A stretch of 63,580 nt of DNA, the filler included, from an uncultured Gemmatimonadota bacterium (GTDB taxonomy: Bacteria; GCA-2686955): the NCBI GenBank assembly GCA_964490075.1. It is 13 parts of 13 records of this genome, joined end to end, with 100 filler letters (N's around TTAATTAATTAA, not from the genome) between each part and the next. Parts side by side here need not be neighbours in the genome. Positions count along the whole stretch, not along the records: positions 17,601 to 22,931 come from CAZBBK010000119.1; positions 23,032 to 28,251 come from CAZBBK010000120.1; positions 28,352 to 33,469 come from CAZBBK010000121.1; 10 more parts are not named here. One strand, given 5' to 3'. The translations under genes and the position numbers were made by a program. The first letter of the stretch is position 1; every line of letters starts with the position of its first letter. The notes under the pieces are model-generated. The model saw only the letters and a list, made by a program, of their open reading frames with translations, searched no databases and had not been told where the DNA came from. Shown piece after piece: positions 20,307 to 30,014 of the stretch.

Positions 20307-22502
20307 CTAGCGGCCTCGCCCGCCGTCGCCTTGGGGGCCGTCGGCGGTGTCGACCAGGACGTGGACCGCCTGGCGCAAGAACCGGTCGCGATCTTCCAGC
20401 GGCCGCCAATCCAGAAGGGTGCGGGCGTTGTCCGCGGCGAAAGCCGGGGCACAAGCGCGCGACCGGAAATCGCGCCACGAGGGGAAGGGAACCCAGCGCC
20501 GGCGCCCGGTCAATTTCACCAACCACTTCCCAATCTCGATCGCCTGCGAGAGGGGCAGCGGCCGGGCGTGGAAGTGCAGATCGCGGCCCGACACTCGGCG
20601 CAGCTCGGCGACGATTTCGCGGGCGCTGAGCGGGACGCGGGCGCAGAGGTTGAGGGCGCGGCCGTCGAGCTCGGGGCCGGGATGGGCGGCGCAGCGCACC
20701 AGCGCGCCGGCGACGTCTTCGACCCACACCAGGGGCAGGGGGTGGGCGCCGAGCCCCCAGCCGACGCAGTGGTTGTCGCGCACCCACTGGCCCAGTCCCT
20801 CGTGCTGCAGCGGGGTGCCGGCGCCCAGCACCACGCCGGGGCGGACGATGGTGAGCGGCAGGGCGTGGCGGTTGTGGAGGTCGCTGAGGCGGCGCTCGAT
20901 CTCGATCTTGGCGCGGGCGTAGTCGGCGCGCAGATCGGGGCGCGAGTCGACGGCGACCGAATCGTGCAAATCGCCACGGGCGGCGTCGGGGCCGAGGTAG
21001 AGGGCGGCGATCGACGACACGTAGACAAAACGGCGCACCCCCTGCTGGTGGCAGAGCTCGGCCAGCTCCACGGTGCCGGGGATCAGGGTGCGTTCGAGGG
21101 TAGGCCAGGTGGCGCCGCCGTCGTTCGCCAGGTCGATCACGACATCGGTGCCGGCCAGCGCGGCGGCCAGGGGGCGGGGGGCGTCGAGGCTGCCGCGGAT
21201 CAGGCGCAGGGTGTTGTCGTGCAGGCCCTGCTCGAGCTCGGCGGGGAGGCCGTGGGGGCCGCGCACCACGGCGGTCACCGGGCGGCCGGCGCGCAGCAGG
21301 TGGGCCACGACGCGGCGGCCGATGAAGCCGGTGGCGCCGAGCACGGCGACTTCGCCGGGGCGGGGCGGGGTGGAGGGGGTGGTGGGGATGGTGCGTGGCG
21401 CCGGGCGCGGGTGCGGCGGGGAGCTCTCGGGGAGGCCGGCGGCGGCCTGCTCGCACCACTCGATCACCTCGGCGGCGGCGGTGGCGTCGACCGGGAGTGG
21501 GGTGCCGGTGCGCAGTGCGTGGTGGAAGGCGAGGATCGAATCGCGCATGCCGGCGAAGAAGGGGTCCTGGCGCGGGCCGATCCCGAGGGTGAAGGTGGCG
21601 TAGTGCAGCAGCTCGCGCAGGCTGTCGGCGCCGAGCATCCGCACCCGGCCCCAGCCCGCCAGGAAGGTGTTCCAGAATTCCAGCGACTGGGTCTTGCGCT
21701 CGCCCGAGAGGCGGCTGCCGATCAGGTCGGCTTCGAGCGAACCGTCGCTGCCGATCAGCTCGATGCCGGCGCGCGGGAAGGGGCGGCCGAAGCCGAGATA
21801 GAAGTCGGCGCTGCCGCGTTCGGCCTCGACCGCCATCACCCAGCGGTCGTGGAAGGGCGGTCCGCTGCCCAGGTCGCGGCTGGAGAGAGGGGTGCAGGTG
21901 CAGCGGCGGATCGCGCCGAGCAGAGCGTGGATCTGGCTGAAGGGGTGGATCGCCTGCTCGAAAAAGATGTTGCGAGCTTCGCGGAACATCCAGTGCGAGA
22001 GCTTGCGGGCATCGAGCTGCGGGATCGGCACGTTGAGGACGGCGCGCACATGCTCGAGCCTGCCGATCCGACCGCTCTGGAGGTGGGCGAGCAGGCGGCG
22101 GAAGGTGGGGTGCATGAGATTGTTGTGGTTGCTGCCGAGGGGCAGGGAGCGCTCGGCGGCCAGGGCGCCGAGCTGGCGGGCGGCGCTCGAGCTCAGCGCC
22201 AGCGGCTTTTCCACCAGGGCGCCCATTCCCAGCTCGAGCGCCTCGCGGGTCAGCGCCTCGTGGGTGTCGGGCGGGGTGAGCAGGTGGACGATGTCGACCC
22301 CGAGCTCGCGCATTTGCGCCAGATTGTCCGCGACGCGCGGGATTCCGCTGCTGGCGGCGAAGGCCTGGGCGCGGCCCTGGTCGGTGTCGAGGAGAGCGGC
22401 GACCTGCACGCCCGGAGTCTGGCGCAGTATCTGCATGTGGTATTCGGCGATGTAGCCAGCGCCGATCAGGCCGACTCGGGTTGGGTTGGGGGCGGTGGGC
22501 AC
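20307..22502 (-). CDS. Gfo/Idh/MocA oxidoreductase fused to NAD-dependent epimerase/dehydratase
   Basis: VGLIGAGYIA and LVEKPLA; second Rossmann fold VLGATGFIG, YVSSIA, YARAK. Confidence 0.88.
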   Translation of the reverse strand: MPTAPNPTRVGLIGAGYIAEYHMQILRQTPGVQVAALLDTDQGRAQAFAASSGIPRVADNLAQMRELGVDIVHLLTPPDTHEALTREALELGMGALVEKPLALSSSAARQLGALAAERSLPLGSNHNNLMHPTFRRLLAHLQSGRIGRLEHVRAVLNVPIPQLDARKLSHWMFREARNIFFEQAIHPFSQIHALLGAIRRCTCTPLSSRDLGSGPPFHDRWVMAVEAERGSADFYLGFGRPFPRAGIELIGSDGSLEADLIGSRLSGERKTQSLEFWNTFLAGWGRVRMLGADSLRELLHYATFTLGIGPRQDPFFAGMRDSILAFHHALRTGTPLPVDATAAAEVIEWCEQAAAGLPESSPPHPRPAPRTIPTTPSTPPRPGEVAVLGATGFIGRRVVAHLLRAGRPVTAVVRGPHGLPAELEQGLHDNTLRLIRGSLDAPRPLAAALAGTDVVIDLANDGGATWPTLERTLIPGTVELAELCHQQGVRRFVYVSSIAALYLGPDAARGDLHDSVAVDSRPDLRADYARAKIEIERRLSDLHNRHALPLTIVRPGVVLGAGTPLQHEGLGQWVRDNHCVGWGLGAHPLPLVWVEDVAGALVRCAAHPGPELDGRALNLCARVPLSAREIVAELRRVSGRDLHFHARPLPLSQAIEIGKWLVKLTGRRRWVPFPSWRDFRSRACAPAFAADNARTLLDWRPLEDRDRFLRQAVHVLVDTADGPQGDGGRGR

Positions 22503-23031
22503 GGGTTGCCTTTCGGGGGTGGCGAAGGGGCGCTGGGGGCACACAGAGGCTGTTGCGCATAGGCTTTCGAGCCCCGTATTCGGCCCTGCTTCGAGATCAA
22601 GGCGCCGAGTCCGCGGGAAGGCTGGTCGCCTTTCAAGGACTTGGCGAAACCGGAGCCAGGATGGCGAAGGTGACTGCCGAAGGCAGCCCGCAGGGCGAGC
22701 CGCCAGGAGGGCGACTCGTCCACGCAGAGCTCGGAGCAGGGACGAATGTGGGGCGTAGTGAAGCATATGCGCAACAGCCTCCTGGTAGCATGGGGGCTGG
22801 TGGTTCTCTGAGGTTTCGATATAGCGAGCCTCTACGCAGGGAGCGGCCGGTATGGGACAACACCTGCCTCTGTCCATGCCCTGTACCGTTTCTCCCAACC
22901 TGGCTGGAGCCCCTGCTCAGGGATGATCCAGNNNNNNNNNNNNNNNNNNNNNNNNNNNNNNNNNNNNNNNNNNNNTTAATTAATTAANNNNNNNNNNNNN
23001 NNNNNNNNNNNNNNNNNNNNNNNNNNNNNNN

Positions 23032-23086
23032 CGGCGACTGTCCTGAGTTTTCGGACGGTAGGTGGTTGACAACCGCAACTACCTAC
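23032..23086. mobile_element. 55-bp terminus of a multicopy element with terminal hairpin
   Basis: Exact reverse complement of 47712-47766; GTAGGTAGTTG...CAACCACCTAC stem. Confidence 0.75.
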
Positions 23087-25859
23087 CTTCGACGGACACC
23101 TGGCCGCTGATGCCGAGGTCCGCGAGAATCTGTTGCAGATCGACCCTCAGCGCTTCTGCGGCGGATCCTTCGGTGGTGACCACCAGGTCGATCCCCACCT
23201 TCAGGTCCTGGCCCGACTTCAGCTTCGGCAGCAGTTTCGTGCCCAGGCGGTTCCACAGCTCCGGCGGCACTTCGCCATGCACGCGGAGAGTCTGCCTGCT
23301 TGCAGGAAGATCATCATCTTCGCCGTCACCTGGCCCTGGGTCCGGCTGCGGTGGATCGCCTGGTCCGGCGTCGGGTTCTGGCGAGTCTTCCGGCCCTGGC
23401 TCCGGTTGGAGGACCAGTGCCTTCGCTGTGTCCTTCAGCAGCAGAAACACGCCCGACTCGAACGACACTTCATCCACGCCCATCGACTCATCGAAGTAGA
23501 CGCGATCGTAGGCGCCGTCGGCCTTCTTTCCCGACGCCAGTCCGAAATCTCCCTTGCCGACGAACTCGACGACTTTGTTCCTGAGCACGGCGTCCGGATC
23601 GACCAGTCGGGTCAAGGATCCATCCAGGAAGCTCTGGCGCAGGCTGGACAGGGGCCAGGCGCCCTCCTTCTTCAGGGCCGGTGGCCAGTTGCGCTCCAGA
23701 TATCCCGCGCCGACCGACTCGTTGAGCAGGGCGTTCGACTTGAGCGCGGTGATCACGCGTCCGCAAAGACTCTCGCTGCCGCTGGCATGACCGGCGCCCA
23801 GGTTGATCGCCTCGAGGCCGCCGTTGCCCTCTCCGTTGTAGAGGGCGACGTGGATGTAGTCCGCCCAGACCTCGTCGCGCGCGGCCTCCTCTGCGTCCGC
23901 CACCCGGGTCTTGATCTGGGCGCGGTCGGCGGGATCGAAGTCGCCGCCCAGGGTGCCTTGCGCGACCTCGGCGGCCACCCGCTTCCAGGACAGCCAGTGA
24001 GCGACCTTGCCGTGCAGGCTCCGGCCGGGCTTCCTGACCACCCAGACCAGGGATCCCGGGTAGAGACGGGCGCCGGTGCCCCGCTTCTGGGTCCACTCGG
24101 CGATCTCGTCCTTCGTTGCCCCGCTGTCCTGCCATTCCTTTCCCGGGTCCGCCACCACCAGGGTCAGGCGCGGCGAGTCGGAAATAGACGGACTGTCGGC
24201 CGGGAAGAAGACCCGGGGAATGTGGGCTCCCTTGTCGAACTCGCTCTGCACCAGCGTCCGCAGGGCCGGTTGGATCTCGGACTCGTCATCGAGCGAGGCG
24301 CGGCGGTCGCTGACCACCTTCTTCATGGTCGGCGTGTGGCTGATCTTGAAGCCGTCGGAGCCGATCTTGCGCAGGAAGTAGGAGCGATCTTCCAGCGCCA
24401 TCGTGGCCGTATCCACCGAGGTCGTGTCCACCTCGGGCTCACCGAGGGCGAAGCGCAGCTCCGGCAGGTGGGCGACCTTGTCCACCTGTCCGCCCGACGA
24501 CTCGAAGAGGATGGAGGTGCCGACCCGCCGGTGAATGTCGCGCAAGGCCCCCTTGGTGTCGGCATCGAGGGCGCGGGCGTGGGAGTGATCCCCGGCAATG
24601 TCCGCGTCGATGGCGGCAAGCAGGCGCGACTCGCCCAGTTGCCCCAGCACCACGCTACGGAACTCGGGCACATCCAGCGGCGCCGAGCCCAGCGTGATCA
24701 AGGGTTCCCGGCGGGCCTTGGAGAACGCATCCTTGTGCGCCCAGGAGATCCACTGCGCCAGCATGGCCAGCGTCCCGCGGGTCTGCTGGAACTGGCTCAG
24801 CGCCTGCCACTTGCGCTGGAAGACCGAGAGCGCCGCCGGGTGGAAGGGGTAGCAGGCGGCAAAGCGCGCCCGCAGATGCTCGCGCGCCTTGGCCTCGGTG
24901 CCGGCGCTGTCCACCGCCGTCCATTCGGGCGGGAGCTGGGCGCGGCGTTCGAAGCACCAGTCAGCAAAGGCCTTGCAGACCCTTCCCCGCGTCTTCTCGT
25001 CGCCCAGATCGTCGAACAGGCGCTTGCGCACCACCTCGCCGATCTCGGCCTCGTCGTTGGCGATCAGGTCCTTGGCGACTCGCCGCACAACCTTGGTGAT
25101 CTTGTCCTGCCACTCCATGTCGAAGTCGCTCATCTCGACCTGGCTGCGCGGCAGGCTGATCACGGCCGCCCCGCGGGTGGTGGCGGTCATGGCCACGGTC
25201 AGGTTCTGAATGAAGGCGTGGAACTTGTCGGCCTGGTTGCGGTGACGGTTGACGAAGTTGAGCACCTCGTCGAACAGGATCAGCACCGGCGCATCCGCCG
25301 CGGCGAAGACCCGGCCGAGGGACTCCGTGCCGGGCGGCGTGGTCCTGGCGTCCTGGCCCAGCTCCGCCACGCCCTTGTCTCCGGCGAGCTGGCGCGCCAG
25401 GTCGATCCAGGGCGTCTCGCAGCCGTCGCGCGGGTCCCAGGCGTTGCCCACGAAGGCCGCGACCTTGGCCTGGGGCGCTTCCGAAAGGCCGGCCTCTTTC
25501 AGAAGTCCGGCAACCCCCGCCAGCTCGCCGACCTTCTTGCCGGCGGTGGCCATGTGATAGAGCGCGGTCAGGGTGTGGGTCTTGCCGCCGCCGAACTGGG
25601 TCACCAGGGTCATCACCGGTGAAGTGTTCGTCGTCTCGCCCGCCAAGCGCCGCAACACCATGCCCGAATGCTCACGCAGGGCGCGGGTGAAGCTGGTGCG
25701 GGCGAAGAACTGCCCCGGGTCGCGGTAGTCCGCGGGCGCGGTGCCGCCGACCACCTGTTCGAGGTGGATCGCGAACTCGTCGGGATTGAAGGAACGGCCC
25801 TCGCGGACCTCCTTACGCGGGGTGGCGACCTTGTACCAGGGCTCGAGTTTGGGGGGCAT
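23079..25859 (-). CDS. DUF499 AAA+ ATPase of a restriction-like defence system
   Basis: PWYKVATPR, FFARTSFT, Walker A TQFGGGKTH, Walker B LILFDE, YPFHP, FQQTRGTL. Confidence 0.9.
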   Translation of the reverse strand: MPPKLEPWYKVATPRKEVREGRSFNPDEFAIHLEQVVGGTAPADYRDPGQFFARTSFTRALREHSGMVLRRLAGETTNTSPVMTLVTQFGGGKTHTLTALYHMATAGKKVGELAGVAGLLKEAGLSEAPQAKVAAFVGNAWDPRDGCETPWIDLARQLAGDKGVAELGQDARTTPPGTESLGRVFAAADAPVLILFDEVLNFVNRHRNQADKFHAFIQNLTVAMTATTRGAAVISLPRSQVEMSDFDMEWQDKITKVVRRVAKDLIANDEAEIGEVVRKRLFDDLGDEKTRGRVCKAFADWCFERRAQLPPEWTAVDSAGTEAKAREHLRARFAACYPFHPAALSVFQRKWQALSQFQQTRGTLAMLAQWISWAHKDAFSKARREPLITLGSAPLDVPEFRSVVLGQLGESRLLAAIDADIAGDHSHARALDADTKGALRDIHRRVGTSILFESSGGQVDKVAHLPELRFALGEPEVDTTSVDTATMALEDRSYFLRKIGSDGFKISHTPTMKKVVSDRRASLDDESEIQPALRTLVQSEFDKGAHIPRVFFPADSPSISDSPRLTLVVADPGKEWQDSGATKDEIAEWTQKRGTGARLYPGSLVWVVRKPGRSLHGKVAHWLSWKRVAAEVAQGTLGGDFDPADRAQIKTRVADAEEAARDEVWADYIHVALYNGEGNGGLEAINLGAGHASGSESLCGRVITALKSNALLNESVGAGYLERNWPPALKKEGAWPLSSLRQSFLDGSLTRLVDPDAVLRNKVVEFVGKGDFGLASGKKADGAYDRVYFDESMGVDEVSFESGVFLLLKDTAKALVLQPEPGPEDSPEPDAGPGDPPQPDPGPGDGEDDDLPASRQTLRVHGEVPPELWNRLGTKLLPKLKSGQDLKVGIDLVVTTEGSAAEALRVDLQQILADLGISGQVSVEGR

Positions 25860-25861
25860 GC

Positions 25862-26803
25862 TTACACTCCTCGGGGGCGGCGCAGTCGATCGAAGAGCGC
25901 CAGGGACGGACGTTTCAGACGCGCCAGGTTGGCGTAGGCCACCGGCGCAAAGTCGTTGTCATGGTCGAAGGCGCGATAGCGGAAGCCGTCGGTGACGACC
26001 ACGTCCCGCGCCACGCCGAGGGCGGCGACATAGTCCTCGGCCTGCTTGCGGGCGCCCTCGAGCCCGCTGCCGAGGCGCTTGACCTCGATCACGAAGCGGC
26101 AGTTCTCCGGCGTCCGCGGCAAGGACGAGAAGAGCGCCACGTCGATGCGCCGCCACTCCACGGCGATCCACTCCTGGGGCCAGCCCAGCGCCCGCAGGAA
26201 AGGCACCACGAAGTGGGCGGTCATCTCGTTCTCGTTGGGAGCATCGCCGAGGCGCTCGTCGTCGCCGTAGAGCCCGATGAGGTCGCGGGCCAGGCCGACC
26301 ACGTCCCGCAGGGTCTTGGGCACCTCCTCCAAGGGCGGCTCCGCCACCGGCAGGGTGGGCAGCGGCGCCTCCTGCCAGCGGGTCAGACCCGAACCGAGGA
26401 AGCTCCGCGCGTAGTCCACGGCCGCTTCGTTCTGCACGCGAGAAAGACGCCGCGGATTGGCGCCGAAGACGCTCCCTTCGAAGGAATAGGGCTCGGGCAG
26501 GCGGAACCAGCGCACCCGGCGGCCGTGGCGCAGGTCCCAGCCGTTGACGTCGTCGAAGGGCGCGAGGAACTCGTAGTCTCCCGCCACCAGCCCCACCGCG
26601 GCGACCGTCGACAGGGCGGTGCGCAGCAGGACGAGGTCGCCGGGTTGCAGCTCCTGCGCAAAGCGCCGCACATGGCCGTCCCCGCCGGTCCGATCGGGCC
26701 GCCAGGGCCCATCGTCGCCCGGGCCGATCAGCGCCACGCCGTGGGTCAGGAACAGTTCGGCGTAGGGCCGGTCCACCGGCCCGCCGGAGACCTGCCAGAC
26801 GGG
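25862..26803 (-). CDS. Putative restriction endonuclease: N-terminal EVE/SRA-like domain plus HsdR-N-type PD-(D/E)XK nuclease (5' end in gap)
   Basis: NENEM...VPFLRALGW, RIDVALF, VIEVKR, QAEDY, VTDGFRY; N-terminal GDLVLL...AVGLVAGDY...RRVRW. Confidence 0.7.
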   Translation of the reverse strand, partial: PVWQVSGGPVDRPYAELFLTHGVALIGPGDDGPWRPDRTGGDGHVRRFAQELQPGDLVLLRTALSTVAAVGLVAGDYEFLAPFDDVNGWDLRHGRRVRWFRLPEPYSFEGSVFGANPRRLSRVQNEAAVDYARSFLGSGLTRWQEAPLPTLPVAEPPLEEVPKTLRDVVGLARDLIGLYGDDERLGDAPNENEMTAHFVVPFLRALGWPQEWIAVEWRRIDVALFSSLPRTPENCRFVIEVKRLGSGLEGARKQAEDYVAALGVARDVVVTDGFRYRAFDHDNDFAPVAYANLARLKRPSLALFDRLRRPRGV

Positions 26804-26903
26804 NNNNNNNNNNNNNNNNNNNNNNNNNNNNNNNNNNNNNNNNNNNNNNNNNNNNNNNNNNNNNNNNNNNNNNNNNNNNNNNNNNNNNNNNNNNNNNNNN
26901 NNN
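26804..26903. other. Intra-scaffold gap (100 N, no linker)
   Basis: N-run lacking TTAATTAATTAA. Confidence 0.95.
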
Positions 26904-26963
26904 GAGCAGTGCTTCGTGGGCGCGATCCTCGACGAACAGGTCGATCTTCACCGGGCTACTCAT
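26904..26963 (-). CDS. N-terminus of ATPase partner protein (TOPRIM/DUF4276-like), rest in gap
   Basis: MSSPVKIDLFVEDRAHEALL has a beta-strand-E motif; start overlaps the ATPase stop (ATGAGTAG). Confidence 0.5.
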
Positions 26964-28191
26964 CGATCAACCCGCGCAGCAACAGACTCTCGAACAGGCC
27001 GTCCTCCCTGCCGCTCGTCAAGGCCGCCGCGACCTCGCTGTCCTGGAAGAGCGGTCCGGTGACGTCGAAGGGCCGGATCTCGCTCGCGCGCCCCCGCCGG
27101 CGCACGTTGAAGAGCCCGATCTCCTCCGGCTTCGAGCGCGCCCGCTTCAGCACGGCATCGCAGAAGAGCGGCGAGTGGGTGGTCACCACGACCTGCCGGT
27201 TCTGCTCCAGGGCCAGCGAGAGCAGGAGCTGTGCGATCAGCTCCAGCCTTCTCGGGTGCACGCCGTTCTCCGGCTCCTCGAACGCCACCAGCGAGCCGCC
27301 CCAGGGGTTCACCGCGGTGGCGCACAGGGCAAGGACCCGCAGCGTGCCTTCCGAGACGATGCGCGAGGAGTAGTCGGTGCCGTCCTGGCGCACGAGCAGA
27401 TCCAGCGTGCCCCGGCGTTTGTCCAGATCGACGTCCAGCGCCTCGATGCTCGGCACGATCGACTTCAGGGTGCGGGAGATCGCAGCGAAGTGCTTGGGCT
27501 TCTCCGCCTTCAGCTTGTAGAGGAACGGGGCGACGTGCTCGCCGAGCACGCCGATGTCCTCGACGTCGGAGGGAGGCCGAGGATCGCGCATCGCGACGCG
27601 GGGATCGAGGTAGTAGGTGCGCCAGTCGGCGAGCTCCCCGCGGGTCTTTTCCAGCCAGCGATACTCGGCCCCGCCGAGGCGCGGATCAGACAGGATCGTG
27701 TGGTTGAGGCCCACCGGCTCCTGCCGGGGGTGGGCCGGTTTGCTCTTGCGGCGAATGTGCAGGTTGGGCTCTACCCGCTCGATCGCCGCCCGCCCCTTCG
27801 GCTCCCCCCGGGCCGTGAGTAGGGCCAGGTACTCGTCGGCCGTGGTGAGCTTCCCTGAGCCCGGCTGGATCTGGACCTTGACCCGGTACCGGTAGGTCTC
27901 CCTGCGGGCGGTCAGATCGGCATCGAGCGAGAACTCCGCTCTCTTCTGAGAGAGGAGCTGGCTCAGACCCTCGGCCGGAAAGGTGAACGCTTCGATCGGA
28001 TGGCCCCGGATCGGCTCGGCCAAGGCGTCGGCGAGCGTGCGCTCCGTGCCGATCCGGGAGAGCGCCTGGATGGCGTCGAGCAGGTTGCTCTTCCCCGCGG
28101 CGTTCGGCCCGAAGAGCACCGCGAACCGCGGGAAGTCCACGGTCACGTCGGCCAGAGACTTGAAGCCTCGGACGGTGAATCTCTTCAGCAC
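26956..28191 (-). CDS. ABC-type ATPase (AAA_15/AAA_21 family)
   Basis: GPNAAGKSN, SEGTLRVL, FEEPENGVHP, VTTHSP. Confidence 0.92.
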   Translation of the reverse strand: MLKRFTVRGFKSLADVTVDFPRFAVLFGPNAAGKSNLLDAIQALSRIGTERTLADALAEPIRGHPIEAFTFPAEGLSQLLSQKRAEFSLDADLTARRETYRYRVKVQIQPGSGKLTTADEYLALLTARGEPKGRAAIERVEPNLHIRRKSKPAHPRQEPVGLNHTILSDPRLGGAEYRWLEKTRGELADWRTYYLDPRVAMRDPRPPSDVEDIGVLGEHVAPFLYKLKAEKPKHFAAISRTLKSIVPSIEALDVDLDKRRGTLDLLVRQDGTDYSSRIVSEGTLRVLALCATAVNPWGGSLVAFEEPENGVHPRRLELIAQLLLSLALEQNRQVVVTTHSPLFCDAVLKRARSKPEEIGLFNVRRRGRASEIRPFDVTGPLFQDSEVAAALTSGREDGLFESLLLRGLIDE

Positions 28192-28201
28192 GGAAACCTC
28201 C

Positions 28202-28251
28202 TCATCTCGGCACCGCCAGCAGCATGGCGTCGAGCAGGCGCTTCTCCTCGG
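28202..28251 (-). CDS. C-terminus of a DUF1156 adenine DNA methyltransferase (partial)
   Basis: Reads EEKRLLDAMLLAVPR*, which I recognise as the conserved DUF1156 C-terminus; same operon as DUF499. Confidence 0.65.
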
Positions 28252-28351
28252 NNNNNNNNNNNNNNNNNNNNNNNNNNNNNNNNNNNNNNNNNNNNTTAAT
28301 TAATTAANNNNNNNNNNNNNNNNNNNNNNNNNNNNNNNNNNNNNNNNNNNN

Positions 28352-28602
28352 GCGCCGGTGTAGATCGAGGCCTGACACGCGAAGGTGTAGGAGGGGAAGA
28401 CCGTCGTGCCCCATTCCACGGCGGCATACTGGCCGGTGCCGGCGTCGCCGAGCACCAGATCGGAGATGTTGGGAATGCTGTCTGGACTGTTGATGAGCAG
28501 TCCGTAGAGCGCATCTCGGTTGCATCCGTCGATGTCGATGAACACGACGTGCTCGGGATTCACGGGGTAGGCCCGGGCCGCGCATAGCCCCGCGCTCAGC
28601 AT
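28352..28602 (-). CDS. Alkaline phosphatase / nucleotide pyrophosphatase superfamily protein, N-terminal part
   Basis: HVVFIDIDG and TVFPSYTFACQASIYTG. Confidence 0.75.
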
Positions 28603-28709
28603 GGTTCAGCAGCAGAAGACTCGATGGGCTCTCATCAGACGACTCCCCTCGCCCTCCACCATATCCTTTCATGGCGGACGCCGGGGGATGCTCTCATCGC
28701 GCGGCATCT

Positions 28710-30011
28710 CTACCAGCTCAGCCGGTGGCTCGCGGCGATCTTCTCGATCCGCTCCCCGGCGACACCCGCCGTCTGCGCCTCCTCCGGCCAGCTCCGAACC
28801 GCCCCGACGACCTCCTCCAGGATCGCGTCCGCCCTTCCCCGTTTCAACGATGCCACCTCGGCGCTCGCCTTCAGATCGGCACGCACGAAGCCGTCGCGTT
28901 TGCCGTTGACCGTCATCTGGTGGCAAGAGGTCCAGTCACCTTTCGGGTTGTAGGCCCACATGAGGTCGAAGGCCGGAGAGAGGGACCATCGGCCGCGCTG
29001 GTCCATCAGGAAGGCGATGTTCTTGACGTGATCGTCCTGGTTGCGCGCCACCACACTGAAAACGACGCGCCGGAACTGCTGCTCCAGGTCGTCCATCGGC
29101 AAGCCGAGGCGGCGCATGACCTGGAAGGCTCGCTCATGGCCATGTGCGCCGGCCTGCTCGAAGTCCAGGTGGGCCATCGCGCCCAGAGATTGCATGTGCA
29201 ACCGGCCGCCGCCCTCGGGTCGGTCGAAGCGCCGGGTCATGAAGTGCCGGCGCCCGCCTTCCTCCAGCAAGCGACACTCGGTCATGTCGATGCCCGCGCG
29301 CAGGGCCATGCGGTGGTAGGCGTACTCGATGGCGCCGTAGCCCTTGGGATCGGCGAGCTCCTTGTCGCGGTTGTTGCTCACGCCGTCGAACTTGATCAGC
29401 CACTGGGAGAAGCCCGGTGGGCCGTCGAGCTGGCCCGCGCGGACCTCACCCGTGTGCGGATTCCAGGCGATCAGCGCCTTGGCGCGGGCTCCACCCGCGC
29501 TGGTGCCCACACGGAGGATGTCCAGAAGGCCAGCGTGAGGGTCGTCCGCCGGTAGGTTGGTGACAAGGTCCCTGCGCTCGCGCAAGACCTCGGAGGCCAG
29601 CTCCACCAGCGCCGCGATCTCGAGCGGCCCGCCCTCGTCCGGTGCGGGCCCGAGCACGGGACGGAAGGACATGGCCCCCATGGCGCGGTTGCCGATGTAG
29701 CAGAGCCGCTCGAGGGATCCGAAGCTCTCGGGGGTGCGACCCCGACGCGCCAGCCAGGAGTCGATGACCGCGTTTCCGAACCTGTCCGGCAGCACGTCGG
29801 CCAACAGGCCGGGCAGTCCTCGGAAGGTCTTGGGATTGAGCTCGGGGAAGCGGTACACGCGATCGGATAGCGGCATGTAGAAGGGCGCGACCTGGATGCA
29901 GCTGGTCGAGAACTCCGGATCGTACTGAAAGGAGGCGACCGCCTCGCCCTCGGGCCAGGCGAGGGCACCGATGCGCCGGCCCCACAGCTCGACCTTGACC
30001 GCCACCGACAT
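28710..30011 (-). CDS. hipA: HipA-family kinase toxin
   Basis: LPDRFGN, GTSAGGARAK, WLIKFDG, RRFDR, RNQDDHVKN, LSPAFDL. Confidence 0.95.
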   Translation of the reverse strand: MSVAVKVELWGRRIGALAWPEGEAVASFQYDPEFSTSCIQVAPFYMPLSDRVYRFPELNPKTFRGLPGLLADVLPDRFGNAVIDSWLARRGRTPESFGSLERLCYIGNRAMGAMSFRPVLGPAPDEGGPLEIAALVELASEVLRERRDLVTNLPADDPHAGLLDILRVGTSAGGARAKALIAWNPHTGEVRAGQLDGPPGFSQWLIKFDGVSNNRDKELADPKGYGAIEYAYHRMALRAGIDMTECRLLEEGGRRHFMTRRFDRPEGGGRLHMQSLGAMAHLDFEQAGAHGHERAFQVMRRLGLPMDDLEQQFRRVVFSVVARNQDDHVKNIAFLMDQRGRWSLSPAFDLMWAYNPKGDWTSCHQMTVNGKRDGFVRADLKASAEVASLKRGRADAILEEVVGAVRSWPEEAQTAGVAGERIEKIAASHRLSW

Positions 30012-30014
30012 GGC

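Noticed and set aside
22877-22931. Possible IS terminus at contig end (CTGTACCGTTTCTCCC...)
   Set aside because: No second copy or recognisable family signature
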